This document shows, piece by piece, positions 52,892-64,000 of a stretch of 64,000 nt of DNA. Made by a program: the position numbers and the translations under genes. The notes below the pieces were generated by a model. It was given only the letters and a program-made list of their open reading frames with translations. It was not told the DNA's origin and ran no database searches. How positions within the stretch are numbered: the first letter of the stretch is position 1; each line of letters opens with the position of its first letter. Source of the DNA: Octopus vulgaris (Eukaryota); assembly GCA_951406725.2 (NCBI GenBank), contig OX597840.1, forward strand, positions 21,142,001 through 21,206,000, given 5' to 3'.

Positions 52892-55800
52892 AAGCATTGA
52901 ACAAGCTGTTCGACTTTATATCTTTCCTCTGTCTCACAACAACAACAACAACTCACTTTGCCACAAAAGATTGGCACACAAACACAACTTGTTGTACAAG
53001 CATTATTTGACTAGATTGGTCCCAGTCCGTGATTGGTAGACACTTCTTTATTTTACTGAAGGACAAAAGGCAAAGTCCACCTTGGCAGTATGTGAACTTG
53101 TTTAACGTAAAGGGACAATGTCTCAGGTAGATTCTTGCCAAGATCAATGTTTCAATTCTCAGCACAGAATTTAGCCCCGGAGTCGCTAAAATTAAATCCA
53201 CAGGAGTTTTCTACACTTAGTCATAGAAATATTGGTTGCAAATTTTGGCACAAAGCCAGCAATTTGAAGGGAAGGGGTAAATTGATTACATCAACCCCAG
53301 TACATAACTAGTACTTATTTTATCAATCCCTAAAGGATGAAAGGCAAAGTCGACTTCAGTGGAATTTGAACTCAGAAAGTGAAGATGGATGAAAAACTGC
53401 CTAGCATTTTGCCTGGCGTGCTAATGATTCTGCCAGATGACCATTTCAGTGACCAGAGCCATTCTGACCGACAGACTTTCAGGTTTCCAGATGATGAGGA
53501 CAGACACCATCTTTTCTCAGACATCTCTAACAACACTATCGTTCACAAATGTATATCAATAATAATAATAATAATCTTGTCTACTATAGGCACAAGGCCT
53601 GAAATTATGGGGGAACAGGTGGGTAGTTGACTACATTGACCCTAATGTCCAACTGGTACTTTTTTCAGTGACCCCGAACAGATAAAAGTCGAAGTCGACC
53701 TCAGTGAAATTTGAACTCAGGACACAAAGACAGACAAAATATCACTAACGATTCTGCCAGCTGTCTTTATAATCAAATAATAATAATAATGTTGATGATG
53801 TTTCTAAGTTAGGCACAAAACCAGTGAGATTTTGGGGGAGGAGTTTCCTGAACTACGTCAAACCCCAGTAGTTGACTGGTACTATTTTTGTCGATCATGA
53901 AGGGATGAAAAGGATTTGGAAAAGAGGGAAAATTCCTAAAAAGCTATCAACATTTTCTGAACGGCTTTACTTTAATCTAATCTGGAGGGATTAATGAAAT
54001 ATGAACTCAAACTACTCCTGTAGGATTTGATCTTCAAACGTCAAAGTAGGGGGCTAAATGAGGCAGCATTTAATCCACTGATCTACCTTTCTTTCTTTTT
54101 GGTTTCTCTCAACACATCACAGTTATGATGGGGTACTATCTTCATGCTTTTTCTTACTTTATTTTATTCATATTCCATTGATCCGTGGTACACAATCTGA
54201 CTGAGATCATCCCACACTCATCTCAGGAAATACTGAAAAGATTTCACATCGATTTACACACACACACGTCAGGCTTCCATTCAGCTTTCAACTAATATTT
54301 CATCCTCAAGGCATTGATCAATGGGAGACTGGTTAAAGACACTTGCCAAAAGTGTTGCACAGCAAGATCAAATGTGGGACAAAGACAGGCGACAGAGATT
54401 TAAAGGTGAAGTGAACGACAGAAAGACATTAGCTGAAGTCAGGTTAATGAGAGAGAAAGTGGGTTGGGGAAATGGAGGTCAGGTCGCACCTAAATAAATT
54501 GTGCCCTTTGGAAGGAGAGAGGTAGGAGAAATAAATGAGAACTTCCTCAAAAAAAAAAAAAAAAAAGTAACACCCCCTTAAAAGTAAAAAAAAAACCCCA
54601 AAACAAACTGCTCCCTCCCTACCAATGACTTTTCCTAGTCTCTTAAAAATGTGATCAGAGAACATATCATAATGTCAGAAATATGTGTATTATCTTATGC
54701 AACATATGTGAAATATAGATGAAACAAGGTTGGCGTAATTTTGGTGAAGACACCACACCACAGAAGGGGAGAAATAAAGAAGTAAACAAAATTATTGTCG
54801 TATAGAATTAATTCAGCGTGGTACATCGTTTCATATTTTCACAGTTTCTAATAACAAATTAATAAGGGTAATAAATCTGGAAAACTGGAAAAGACCCCAC
54901 TTTAAAAATAAAAAGTATTGATAGATATTCAAAGTTAAACTATTTTGTATTTTACCTTACACAACAAAGATACTGTTACACTATTAATTACTAAACCACC
55001 TATCCTACCCACTGGTGCTCAACCAGATTAAAGGAAAAAGTGGGGAGGACACATTAAGAAATGTAATCTTAGGTAAACTTATAGAAATAAAGATAAACAA
55101 AATGGTTATGACTGGAAGGATGCCTTTGGTCGTAGGCCTGCTCAATCAGGACCAACCTAGGGTTTAACAACAACAACAATGAACCACCACCAACTCTATT
55201 TCATCTATAAGTTAGTCACACATTGGCTCAACGACGACAACAACAACAACAATTATACTATTGAACAAGAATTGAGAAATTTTGGAAATTTTTTTGTACA
55301 TGAAGCAAGGAAAGCTGTATAGGGGCAAATTTGAAGGACCACTTGGCAGGAAGTTTCAGTTGTATAAGGCAATTTAGATTAAAGAATATTTTGAAAGTTT
55401 TCTTTTACACACTTTTTTCTTCTTCATATTATCATCCCCCCCTCCCTCCACTCAATCTTGTATGTAAACGTTTGGTGTTAGTATCAAAATTATTATTATC
55501 ATTATTATTATTATTATTAATAGTTTAAAAAGAAAAACAAAACGGTAACAAGTGTGTGTATTAGAGTGTTATGATGAAGGAGGAATTAGAGCTGATAACG
55601 AAGAGAATCAATCAGCTAACGAAGGCTCAGGGAATAAATTCAAATGGGTTTTTCGTCAACCTTCTTTCTTTCTCTGTTATTAATTATTCTGGTATGTAAC
55701 AAATTTCATAACATTTTTATCATTTACACCATAGGACTTTAGAAACTTTGGGAGAACGTAAAATAATTCATTCTATGGACAAACTCAATGCAGATAAAGC

Positions 55801-56050
55801 TAGAAATAACAGTGAGCAGCTTACCTCTTCTACAATCCAAAGGGTCTTTTTTAACCCAATATTTACACATTATTTCTAGCTTTATCCACATCAGAGTTCC
55901 ATTGATAAAAACAAATTACTATTATTATTGTTATTATTTTGGTTCATAATAAATTACATTATTAATATTATTATTACTATTACTTAGGAGAGGAGAGAGA
56001 GATATTAAGGAATGTTGGAAAATTAATTCTCTTAGATTGAAAGTAGAAAC

Positions 56051-56082
<32 letters not shown>

Positions 56083-56969
56083 GTATGTGTGTGTGTGTGT
56101 GTATATGAAAGGAATGAAATGCAAGAAAATGAACTAATGTGGAGAAAAGAAAAAGAAAGAAATTTCAGAACTTATTCCTGAGCTTTCAGATTTAATTTTA
56201 ATTTAATTAATTAATTTGTTTAAAGAAAAAAGGGAATCAAGAAAATGTAGTCTGGAAAACAAAAAAAAAAAAAAGTTTGTTCTTCATATTGAGAGGTTTA
56301 TAAAATTTTGAGATAAATCCAGATGAGGACAAAACAAAAGCCACCCACGCCTACCCCTAAACATGTAGGTTGTGGAATTTTATGCTTTTTCTTTGATATT
56401 CCTTTAAAGCGAATATTATGCAAGACTGTCAACTGGGAACCAAGGGGTAGATTGGGGGACCAAACTTTAAAGATAATAATAATAATAATGGTTTCAAATT
56501 TTGGCACAGGGCCAGTAATTTCAGGGTAGGGGTTAAGTCATTTACATCAACCCCAGTGATCAACTGGAACCTGTTTTAACGACCCCGAAAGGATGAAAGG
56601 TATAAAGTTGACCCCGGTGGAATTTGAACTTCAGAATGTAAAGCCAAGCGCAATGCTGCTGAGCGGTTTGCCCAGAGTGCTAATGATTCTGCCAGTCCAC
56701 TACCTTAATTAATAATAATAATTAATAATAATAATAGGGATGTATAAAAAAACCACCCACCCATCCTCATTTAAAAAAGTCAGTTTTTCTTTTTGCGGCA
56801 AGATATTTTTTTTACCAAATACTCCACAGCATCACAGTATCACATCCAACATGACAATTATTATCGTTTTTAATTATTATAATTACAAACAGTTTGTTTT
56901 TTTAATTTTTTTCCTCTTTTCGTCAAGTGTGAAAAGTACAAATTCAAAAACGTCACACTTGCTTATATC

Positions 56970-57125
56970 ATCCATGTTTTAAAGAACCACATGTTAAAAT
57001 ATGTCTGTCAGGCTATCCATGTTTTTTTAAAAAAACAAACAAGCAAGAACCACATGTTAAAATGTCTGTAAAGCTATCCATGTTTAAAAGAACCACATGT
57101 TAAAATATCTGTCAAAGCTAACCAT
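56970..57125. repeat. ~43-bp tandem repeat, 3 copies
   Basis: aagaaccacatgttaaaat..tctgt..gcta..cat repeated three times. Confidence 0.85.
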
Positions 57126-60100
57126 ATCAAAAAAGCATACTTTTAACAATATTTTTCCCAACTTGTACATTTGAATATCTTATAATATATATATATATGT
57201 GTATATACGCACACATATATATATGTATATATCTAAATATATGTAGATGTGAATATATACTTCTAACAACTATAACAGTCATTGTAACAGACTATAAATG
57301 GTAGCATATGGAAAACCGGTAGAGCAGCAAATGCCTTAAACAAATTGAAGGGCTGGGGTTCCCATACAATTTGACCATCAAAGGCAGGAAGGGCCGGATT
57401 AAGGATTGTATTAGGCACAGTACTTTGGGCCTTCGCTAGTGTTGAACATACACATTCCAGAGTAATTAGTTTATCATTGATAAGCTACAGTGGAATTGTA
57501 TTTCAAAATGTTGATAATTCCTCTAAAATTTAGGGTTGAAATTTATACATCTGGTAAGGGTTAGGTTCTACAAAGCAAAAGGGTGCTGGGACAAGGGCTC
57601 TGCCATTCTCATCAAAATTTACCATTCTTAATAGGAATTAGTAGACAATATATATTGATTCTTAAATTCGTTTCCATATCAATTGGAAGTTGTCATTAAT
57701 GGAACCATGAAGCAATCACCAAGAGATCAACCAAAGATTCAATCCATCCATCCTTATTTATCGCTGGTTTGGGGTAACAGGCTACACTGAAATTGGGAAC
57801 CAGATGGCACGCATCCCATATTGATCTCTGATAACACGGGTCAGTGATTAGTCAAAGATTCTGCTTGGACTGCAGAAATGAACCCCAGGGACCAGATACA
57901 ATGCTAAGGACTTGGGGGTTTCTAAACGAAACCCATTTTCTCCATATGTTCTGTTATTCATTTAACATGGTGTCTAATTGGAACTAAACTCCCAGGATAA
58001 ATGAAGATAGACAAAGTTTAATTATCAGCAATCTAATCAGTTTTAATTGTTTAACTACAAGTTTATACACATCATGGCTTCTCTGTGTACGTCTGTGTGT
58101 CTCTATAATAATGTTATTTCTTTCACTCATTTTGGTCATCAGAGAGTGGCCATACTGGAGTACTGTGTTCAAAGGTATATAATGGATTATATATACTTGA
58201 GTGGTACTTTGTTTGTCAACCTCAGAAAGATGGAAGGCAAAAATTGATCCAGGCAGTATTTGAAACCAGATCCTAAATATTACAAGGTATTCTAAGAATT
58301 CTACTATTCACCATATTATGTAGGCATCGGTCATAAAATTTGTAGTATGGCATAGCAACATTCTTGTTGACCTGGCACATCTATTATACATACATGCTTG
58401 TATACACACGTGTATAAGTAGGCATGTGTTTTTGTATAAGCATTCGTGCCCACACATGAAGTTTTCTGATGTTCCTTGGACCAGGTAAAGATGAAGTCAT
58501 TAATTAATGAACTGAATATCTAACATAATTACTTTTTCTATAATTACCACTTAGAATTGATTACACGTTCTTCTTTGAACTGTGAGCAATATCAGGATTT
58601 CTCAATAATGGACCCAGGCTTCTCATTCACTAAATAAAAGGATCCGTATAATTATACTGACTGTTGACAATTAAACACTAATATTTTTAGGGAAAGGGGG
58701 TTTGCAGAGAGGGGGTGGGGGTGTTAAAACCGTTCTTCTCAGAGTAGGATAAATGACCTTGTTGAGAAGACACTTGTAGGGGGACAGGGGGCGGTTTAAG
58801 ATGATGAGATGGTATGAGTTCAAGTGGAAGGCCGAGGGTCTTAATTTGAAAAGATATTCTGTGATAAATTCTGTCCCATATAAACATACATTAAAAAAAA
58901 ACCCCTTTTTTTCTCACAAGTAGAAATAAAAATAAAATTAAATAAAATATTCAGAGCCCCTTTATTAAGGAGCCAGAAACAGTTTAATGGTATTACTGGT
59001 GTGCCATGGCCAGTCACTGCGGGTATAGGCAGGATTGAACCCTGCTCCACAGCAGTAACAGAACACACCTTCCACTTGATGTGGGATGACAGTATAAAAA
59101 AAAAAGGGAGGGGTCAAAGATGTATATGATGTCATCTTATGTGAAATAGGGGTCAAGATTCTGTCTCCTTAAAGAAAGCAAGTCTTCTACTCACTTCTCA
59201 AAGAAAATATATCACAAGCTGTTTTGTTTCTCAGTAGAAATTTCTGAAAAAATTTGCACCAGGAATTAACAATCGGTTCATTTAGCATTCTTCTTTCGCA
59301 GTGGGGGCTGGGAAAAAATATGTAAAATATTTCATGTAAATAACAACGAAGTCCAGCAACAATAGATATATTCATTGATGTGTATATGTGTGTATATATA
59401 TGTGTATATATATATAAAACCATTTCACAAATAGTTTGTATATCTGAAGCTTTCTTGCTTGTCAGAAAAGTCTGGATATCTCAGCAGAACATAGCCAGAA
59501 CCAGTTATTATTATTATTCAATACAAAGAAACCCCCTGCTCTCTTGGTAAAGGTATATAATGTATAATATTAATAGTAATAATAAGAATAATAATGATAC
59601 TCAGGGAATAAATGAGCCCCGAATTATATAACGGCCTAAGAACATTAAAATTTATGTACAATGTTCTGGTCTGGTAAAAAGCTTTTGGTATTTTGGTTTA
59701 TATTTCGTTATCATAATACGTAAGACACAGATTGATCTAGCAATATCTAGGTAACAACACACAATGCTACATGGTGGTTCGTTCTCTCAGAATCTATACA
59801 GAGAGATCCATGGATAGACAGACAGATGGATGGATGTCGAAGTAAATAAGAGACAGACACAGTTTGATTATTATTATTATTATTGTTACACCCAACATGC
59901 AGCAGCAGCAGCAGGAAGATGGGACTGAGATCTGGGATCAGGTCAATACGTGTTCCCACCCTCACGACATCTCATCAGCCTCAGCATCTTAATTATCATC
60001 ATCATCAGCAGCAGCAATATTACTCAATTTCTCTTTTTGGCATGGCTTGAACATCTTCCACAGGATTGGAATTTTTTTTACTTTCTTTGGATTTTCCCAA

Positions 60101-60626
60101 GAATTTCTGATTTTTTTTATCATTATTCTTTTTTTTTTTTAAAGATCATGTTTTTATCAATTTTAGAAAACAGCAACACACACAGAAGAGACAAAGAATC
60201 TCCCATACACACACACACACACACACACATGACAAGTTTCTGTTGCGCAATGATTGTTTTTTTCTCCATTTCTTCACGAGAAGAGTAATTTATGTTGATG
60301 CAACGGATTCTGCAGTTGAATAATTCATTTTCCAACTGAAAAACCCATCAACTGTAAAATATGAGAGTGAAATTGTGTATTTATATGACCTGGAGTGGAG
60401 AGGGTGCGTCATTGATGAGGTCACAAATGGCAATGAAACGACTCTGACGAACCTAGTTAATTGGTTAAATGGTTTACTAGTTAACTGATAATTATAACTG
60501 AAGTGAAACAGAACCAGTGCATGTGTTTATTATTAATATAATGACCTTCCCAAAGTACAACAAAATCTCTTTCAACACACGAGTTTACATCAATAATCTT
60601 GCAAACCAACACAAAATCATTAAATG

Positions 60627-60663
<37 letters not shown>

Positions 60664-63150
60664 TATCATTTAATGTACACAGTATAAAGATATGAGCTAC
60701 TGATAGTCTCTTGCTGTGGAAACGTGTCTAGGCAGGTGTTTTGGTAACAAGCCCTGAATCTCCGAGCAATTCCCTAGGCTCTGAGCACACGGTCAGTTCT
60801 ATAATCTGCCTACAAACATTACACGTGGACACCTTCACCAAGACATCAGAATGAACCAGGTCAAAAGACGTGTGGCACTGGCAATGTCCCACGGTCCGTG
60901 GCGGCACTAGTGGCACATGCCCCTGTGCCTCTATTTGTCTAGGATGCAGAGATATGAAGCACTTGTCTATGTATCATTTGTAGTTAAATATGAGAGAGTA
61001 AGAAACCAGAACTGGAAAGAGGGGCGAAAAATTGTAATATGAAAATATACTTTTATAGGGAGTCAGTATAAGTATATATACATGTATGTATATAAATGTG
61101 GATGTATAAAGTTTATGAAAAAGGTAAAAACCATAACCTTCTTAAGCTTTCCTTTTTAGTAATTATTTTTATTCTTATCACCATCACCATCATTATTATT
61201 ATTATTATTATTATTATGCATCAAAATAATGTTCACTGTAGATTTATCTATTGAGTCCTATTTCTCTACAAATGGAAATTCTGACTTCAAGGAGTGTGTA
61301 CATGTGTGTAGATTCGTAAATATATAATATGTGTATATATAGAGTCAAAAAAACAGATTTTAAGCCCAAAGTGTTGCATCCTATCCCTTAGTACGTGAGT
61401 GTATATGTTTAATGGTTATAGAAATATTATTTTTATCATCAAATATTACAAAATCTATTTAAAAAAATGCAACACCCTTTAAGTTAATGAGAGGAAAAGG
61501 TTTTAAGAAAGAAAAAAAGTTGGGTGATACAATATTTCTTTTTTTCTTCTTTAAGTGTAAAATGTAGAAATGACTCTGAATACAGGTCCCTTCATATACC
61601 AAGTGGCGATTCCACCAAAAGTCTTGTGTACGATGGAAATTTTAAACACAAATGTAATATTGTAACGAAGACCAGGCCTTCTACCTTGTATCTAGTTTTT
61701 AAAAATGTAAGTGACTAACAACTAATTGCAGAAGAGAATTTCTATGCAGAATGGAAGATGATCTGTCCAGGCATGGAGACTGGTGCCTATCAGTTGTCTA
61801 AACCCCAGAAGTGGGGCTTGGATATGGCACTGGTAACATATTCAGAACCTAGAGAAATTCAAACCAAGGTACCTAGAACAAAGCTGCAGCATTTTATGTA
61901 AGGACAAAAGGTGCTCAACATAACTGTACAGAAGGGGTTAAACATCACTTCGTGAAGGGCTTAGCTGGGGTGAGCAAGACACACTGTTTAAAAGGAAGAC
62001 AGCCAAATATCAAAAGCTAACTTTTATGGGCAGCATTCGTAATGAAAGGCGCAGAGAGAGAGATCTTGAAATCACATTCTCAGATTATATAAGACATTCC
62101 TGCTGATGATCTGGAACGGTCAGCACTGGTCCACGGTCAGAATGACAACCACAAGTGCAACACTAAAGCATGGGGTTTTGAATGCTGCTGCAACAGACAA
62201 CCCCAAGAATGCCAGGCAACTGACTGAACCCCAAATGCAAGATCTCCTCTCCTCACAGACAGAAAATACGTTCGTCCAGTCTGTTGGCATTGACAAGCCT
62301 GGCCATTGGGTTACAATTGTTCAGCCTATTGTCATCATCATCATCATGACACACCTGTGCGTGTGTGTGTATCTATACAAACACATACACACAGGTGATG
62401 TAGAATCAAACAAACCAATTTTTTTCTCATCAACAGTCGTCATCAATGTGTGTTATGAACCATCAACGATTTCTTGTTTTTGTTTTTGATTTCACAGAGA
62501 GTAGAAGGTAAAACAGAATTGGGGGAAAGTGGGGTGGAGTGGGGGAATAAGTGACACAAATGGAACCAATCAACAGGTAGCAGCAGGTGAAAGAGAAATT
62601 GTGGATTAAATGGATTGAGAGAGACGGGGGTGGGGTAGTGGTGGAAGAAAAGAGAAAGGGGTGAGTTTCAGGCAGCAAATAAAAAATGTTGTTGTAACAA
62701 TGGTGATGGGCAAATGTTAAAGAATTGGTTTTTGATCCAGTATTGATTGATAATCAATCACGTCAGAATAGGGAAATTGAAAGGTAACAAGGGGGGGTGG
62801 AGAAGAGCAACAACAGCAGTAAAGAATATGTCAAGAAGGACAAAGAGAACCCTTATCACAGACAAATTTGAACTAAACTAAAATACTGACTTCAAATCCT
62901 GGCACAAGGCCAGCAATTTCGAGGGGTGGAGGGCAAGTTGATTACATCACCCCCCAGCGCACAACTAGTACTTATTGTACTGACCCTGAAAGGATGAAAA
63001 GTAAAACTGGCCTCAGTGGAATTTGAGCACAAAACATAAACGATGGAGAAAATGGCACAAAGCATTCCCCCCCCCCATGTGTGCCAATGATTCTTCTGCC
63101 CTTGGGCTGGGGTCCAGGGTGGTGAGGAGAAAGAGAAAGCCCTTACATAC

Positions 63151-63273
63151 CGTTCCACTTTTCAAACCTTTCCTCACCCAAAGGGGATGGCCAGCTTCTG
63201 GAATGCCACCCCCTATCAGCATCTCCACCCGCTTCATTAATGTCCCTGTTCTGGCAAGGAGGTGACTGGGTGG
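63151..63273 (-). CDS. Candidate 123-nt cassette exon of an unidentified minus-strand gene
   Basis: aacgcag| acceptor, ACG|gtatgt donor, length divisible by 3, open in phase 1 (xTQSPPCQNRDINEAGGDADRGWHSRSWPSPLGEERFEKWN) and phase 0. Confidence 0.4.
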
Positions 63274-64000
63274 CTGCGTTAACCCCAGACAGAATAACAA
63301 TAACAATATTAATAATGATAGTTACTAATTTAGGCACATGACCAGCGGTTTTGAGGGGAGGGGTTAACTGATACCATCAAACATAGTATGGACCAATACT
63401 TTATTTTATCAGCCCCCAAAAGATGAAAGGCAAAGTTTACCCTGGCAGAGTTTGAACTCAGAATGTAAAGACAGCTGAAATACCACTGTAACACTAAGCA
63501 CTTTGCCCAGCCTGCTAACGATCCTATTATTAAGCTTGCCACCTTAATAATAATAATAATAATAATCCTTTCCACTAAATTTTTTTTTGGGGGGGGAGGT
63601 ATGAGTTGATTACATCAACCCCCAGCAATCAACTGGTACTTATTCTACTGACCCAAAAGGATGAAAGGCAAAGTTGACTGTGGTGGGATTTGAACTTAGA
63701 ACGTGAAAACGAATGAAATACTGCTAAGCATTTCGCCCATCATGTTAATGATTCTGTCAGCTCATCACCCTTTTAATAATAATCCTTTCTACTATAGGCA
63801 GAAGACCTGAAATTTGTGGGGAGGGGGACTACTCAATTACCAACTGTAAATGCATGAACCTAAGAGCAGCATCAAAAGAAAGCAAGCATTTATTCACATG
63901 GCAAATGATTTAAACCTAGATAGATAAACCTAAATATCACAAAGTTATCTCGTCCAGTTCTTCACTGGTTAGACTTCAGTAATATTAATAAAGCATTTAG

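Larger units (their letters stand above)
40930..53910 (-). mobile_element. Dense cluster of Nin/Deu-domain-type tRNA SINEs (further copies at about 30940, 56490, 62895-63845)
   Basis: Recurrent + strand ggcacaaggcc..gaccccag..ctggtact..aaaggatgaaaggcaaagtcgac..gaatttgaactcagaac..ttctgccagctc, separated by (TAA)n. Confidence 0.8.

Noticed and set aside
60407-60449. Hammerhead-like motif cgtca-TTGATGA..GAAA-cgac-TC-tgacg
   Set aside because: Uncompensated core change, stem III cannot pair and stem II is offset; chance or too decayed to call

Overview
Repeat-rich, AT-rich eukaryotic genomic DNA. The SINE repertoire and giant (TA)n/(TATG)n tracts point to an octopus or other coleoid cephalopod (inference). 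The only confidently identified gene is CHORDC1 (morgana; two CHORD domains plus a CS domain). It has 9 coding exons on + from 11334 to 29306 (912 nt, 303 aa), all introns are GT-AG and in phase, and there is a perfect heat-shock element about 950 bp upstream. The right half (about 31.1-64 kb) looks like the 3' end of an unidentified minus-strand gene. It carries several phase-1-compatible candidate exons, including an 18-nt stop-containing microexon. The rest is SINEs, CR1/RTE LINE ends, mariner/Tc1, Chapaev-like, piggyBac-MITE, Helitron and Penelope-like remnants. The most notable items are three minimal hammerhead-ribozyme motifs, a covarying stem-loop shared by a CR1 LINE tail and SINE tails, and strong SINE strand bias. 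The long Y/I/C/M/V/H/T ORFs in the ORF track are microsatellite artefacts. All analysis was done by eye.
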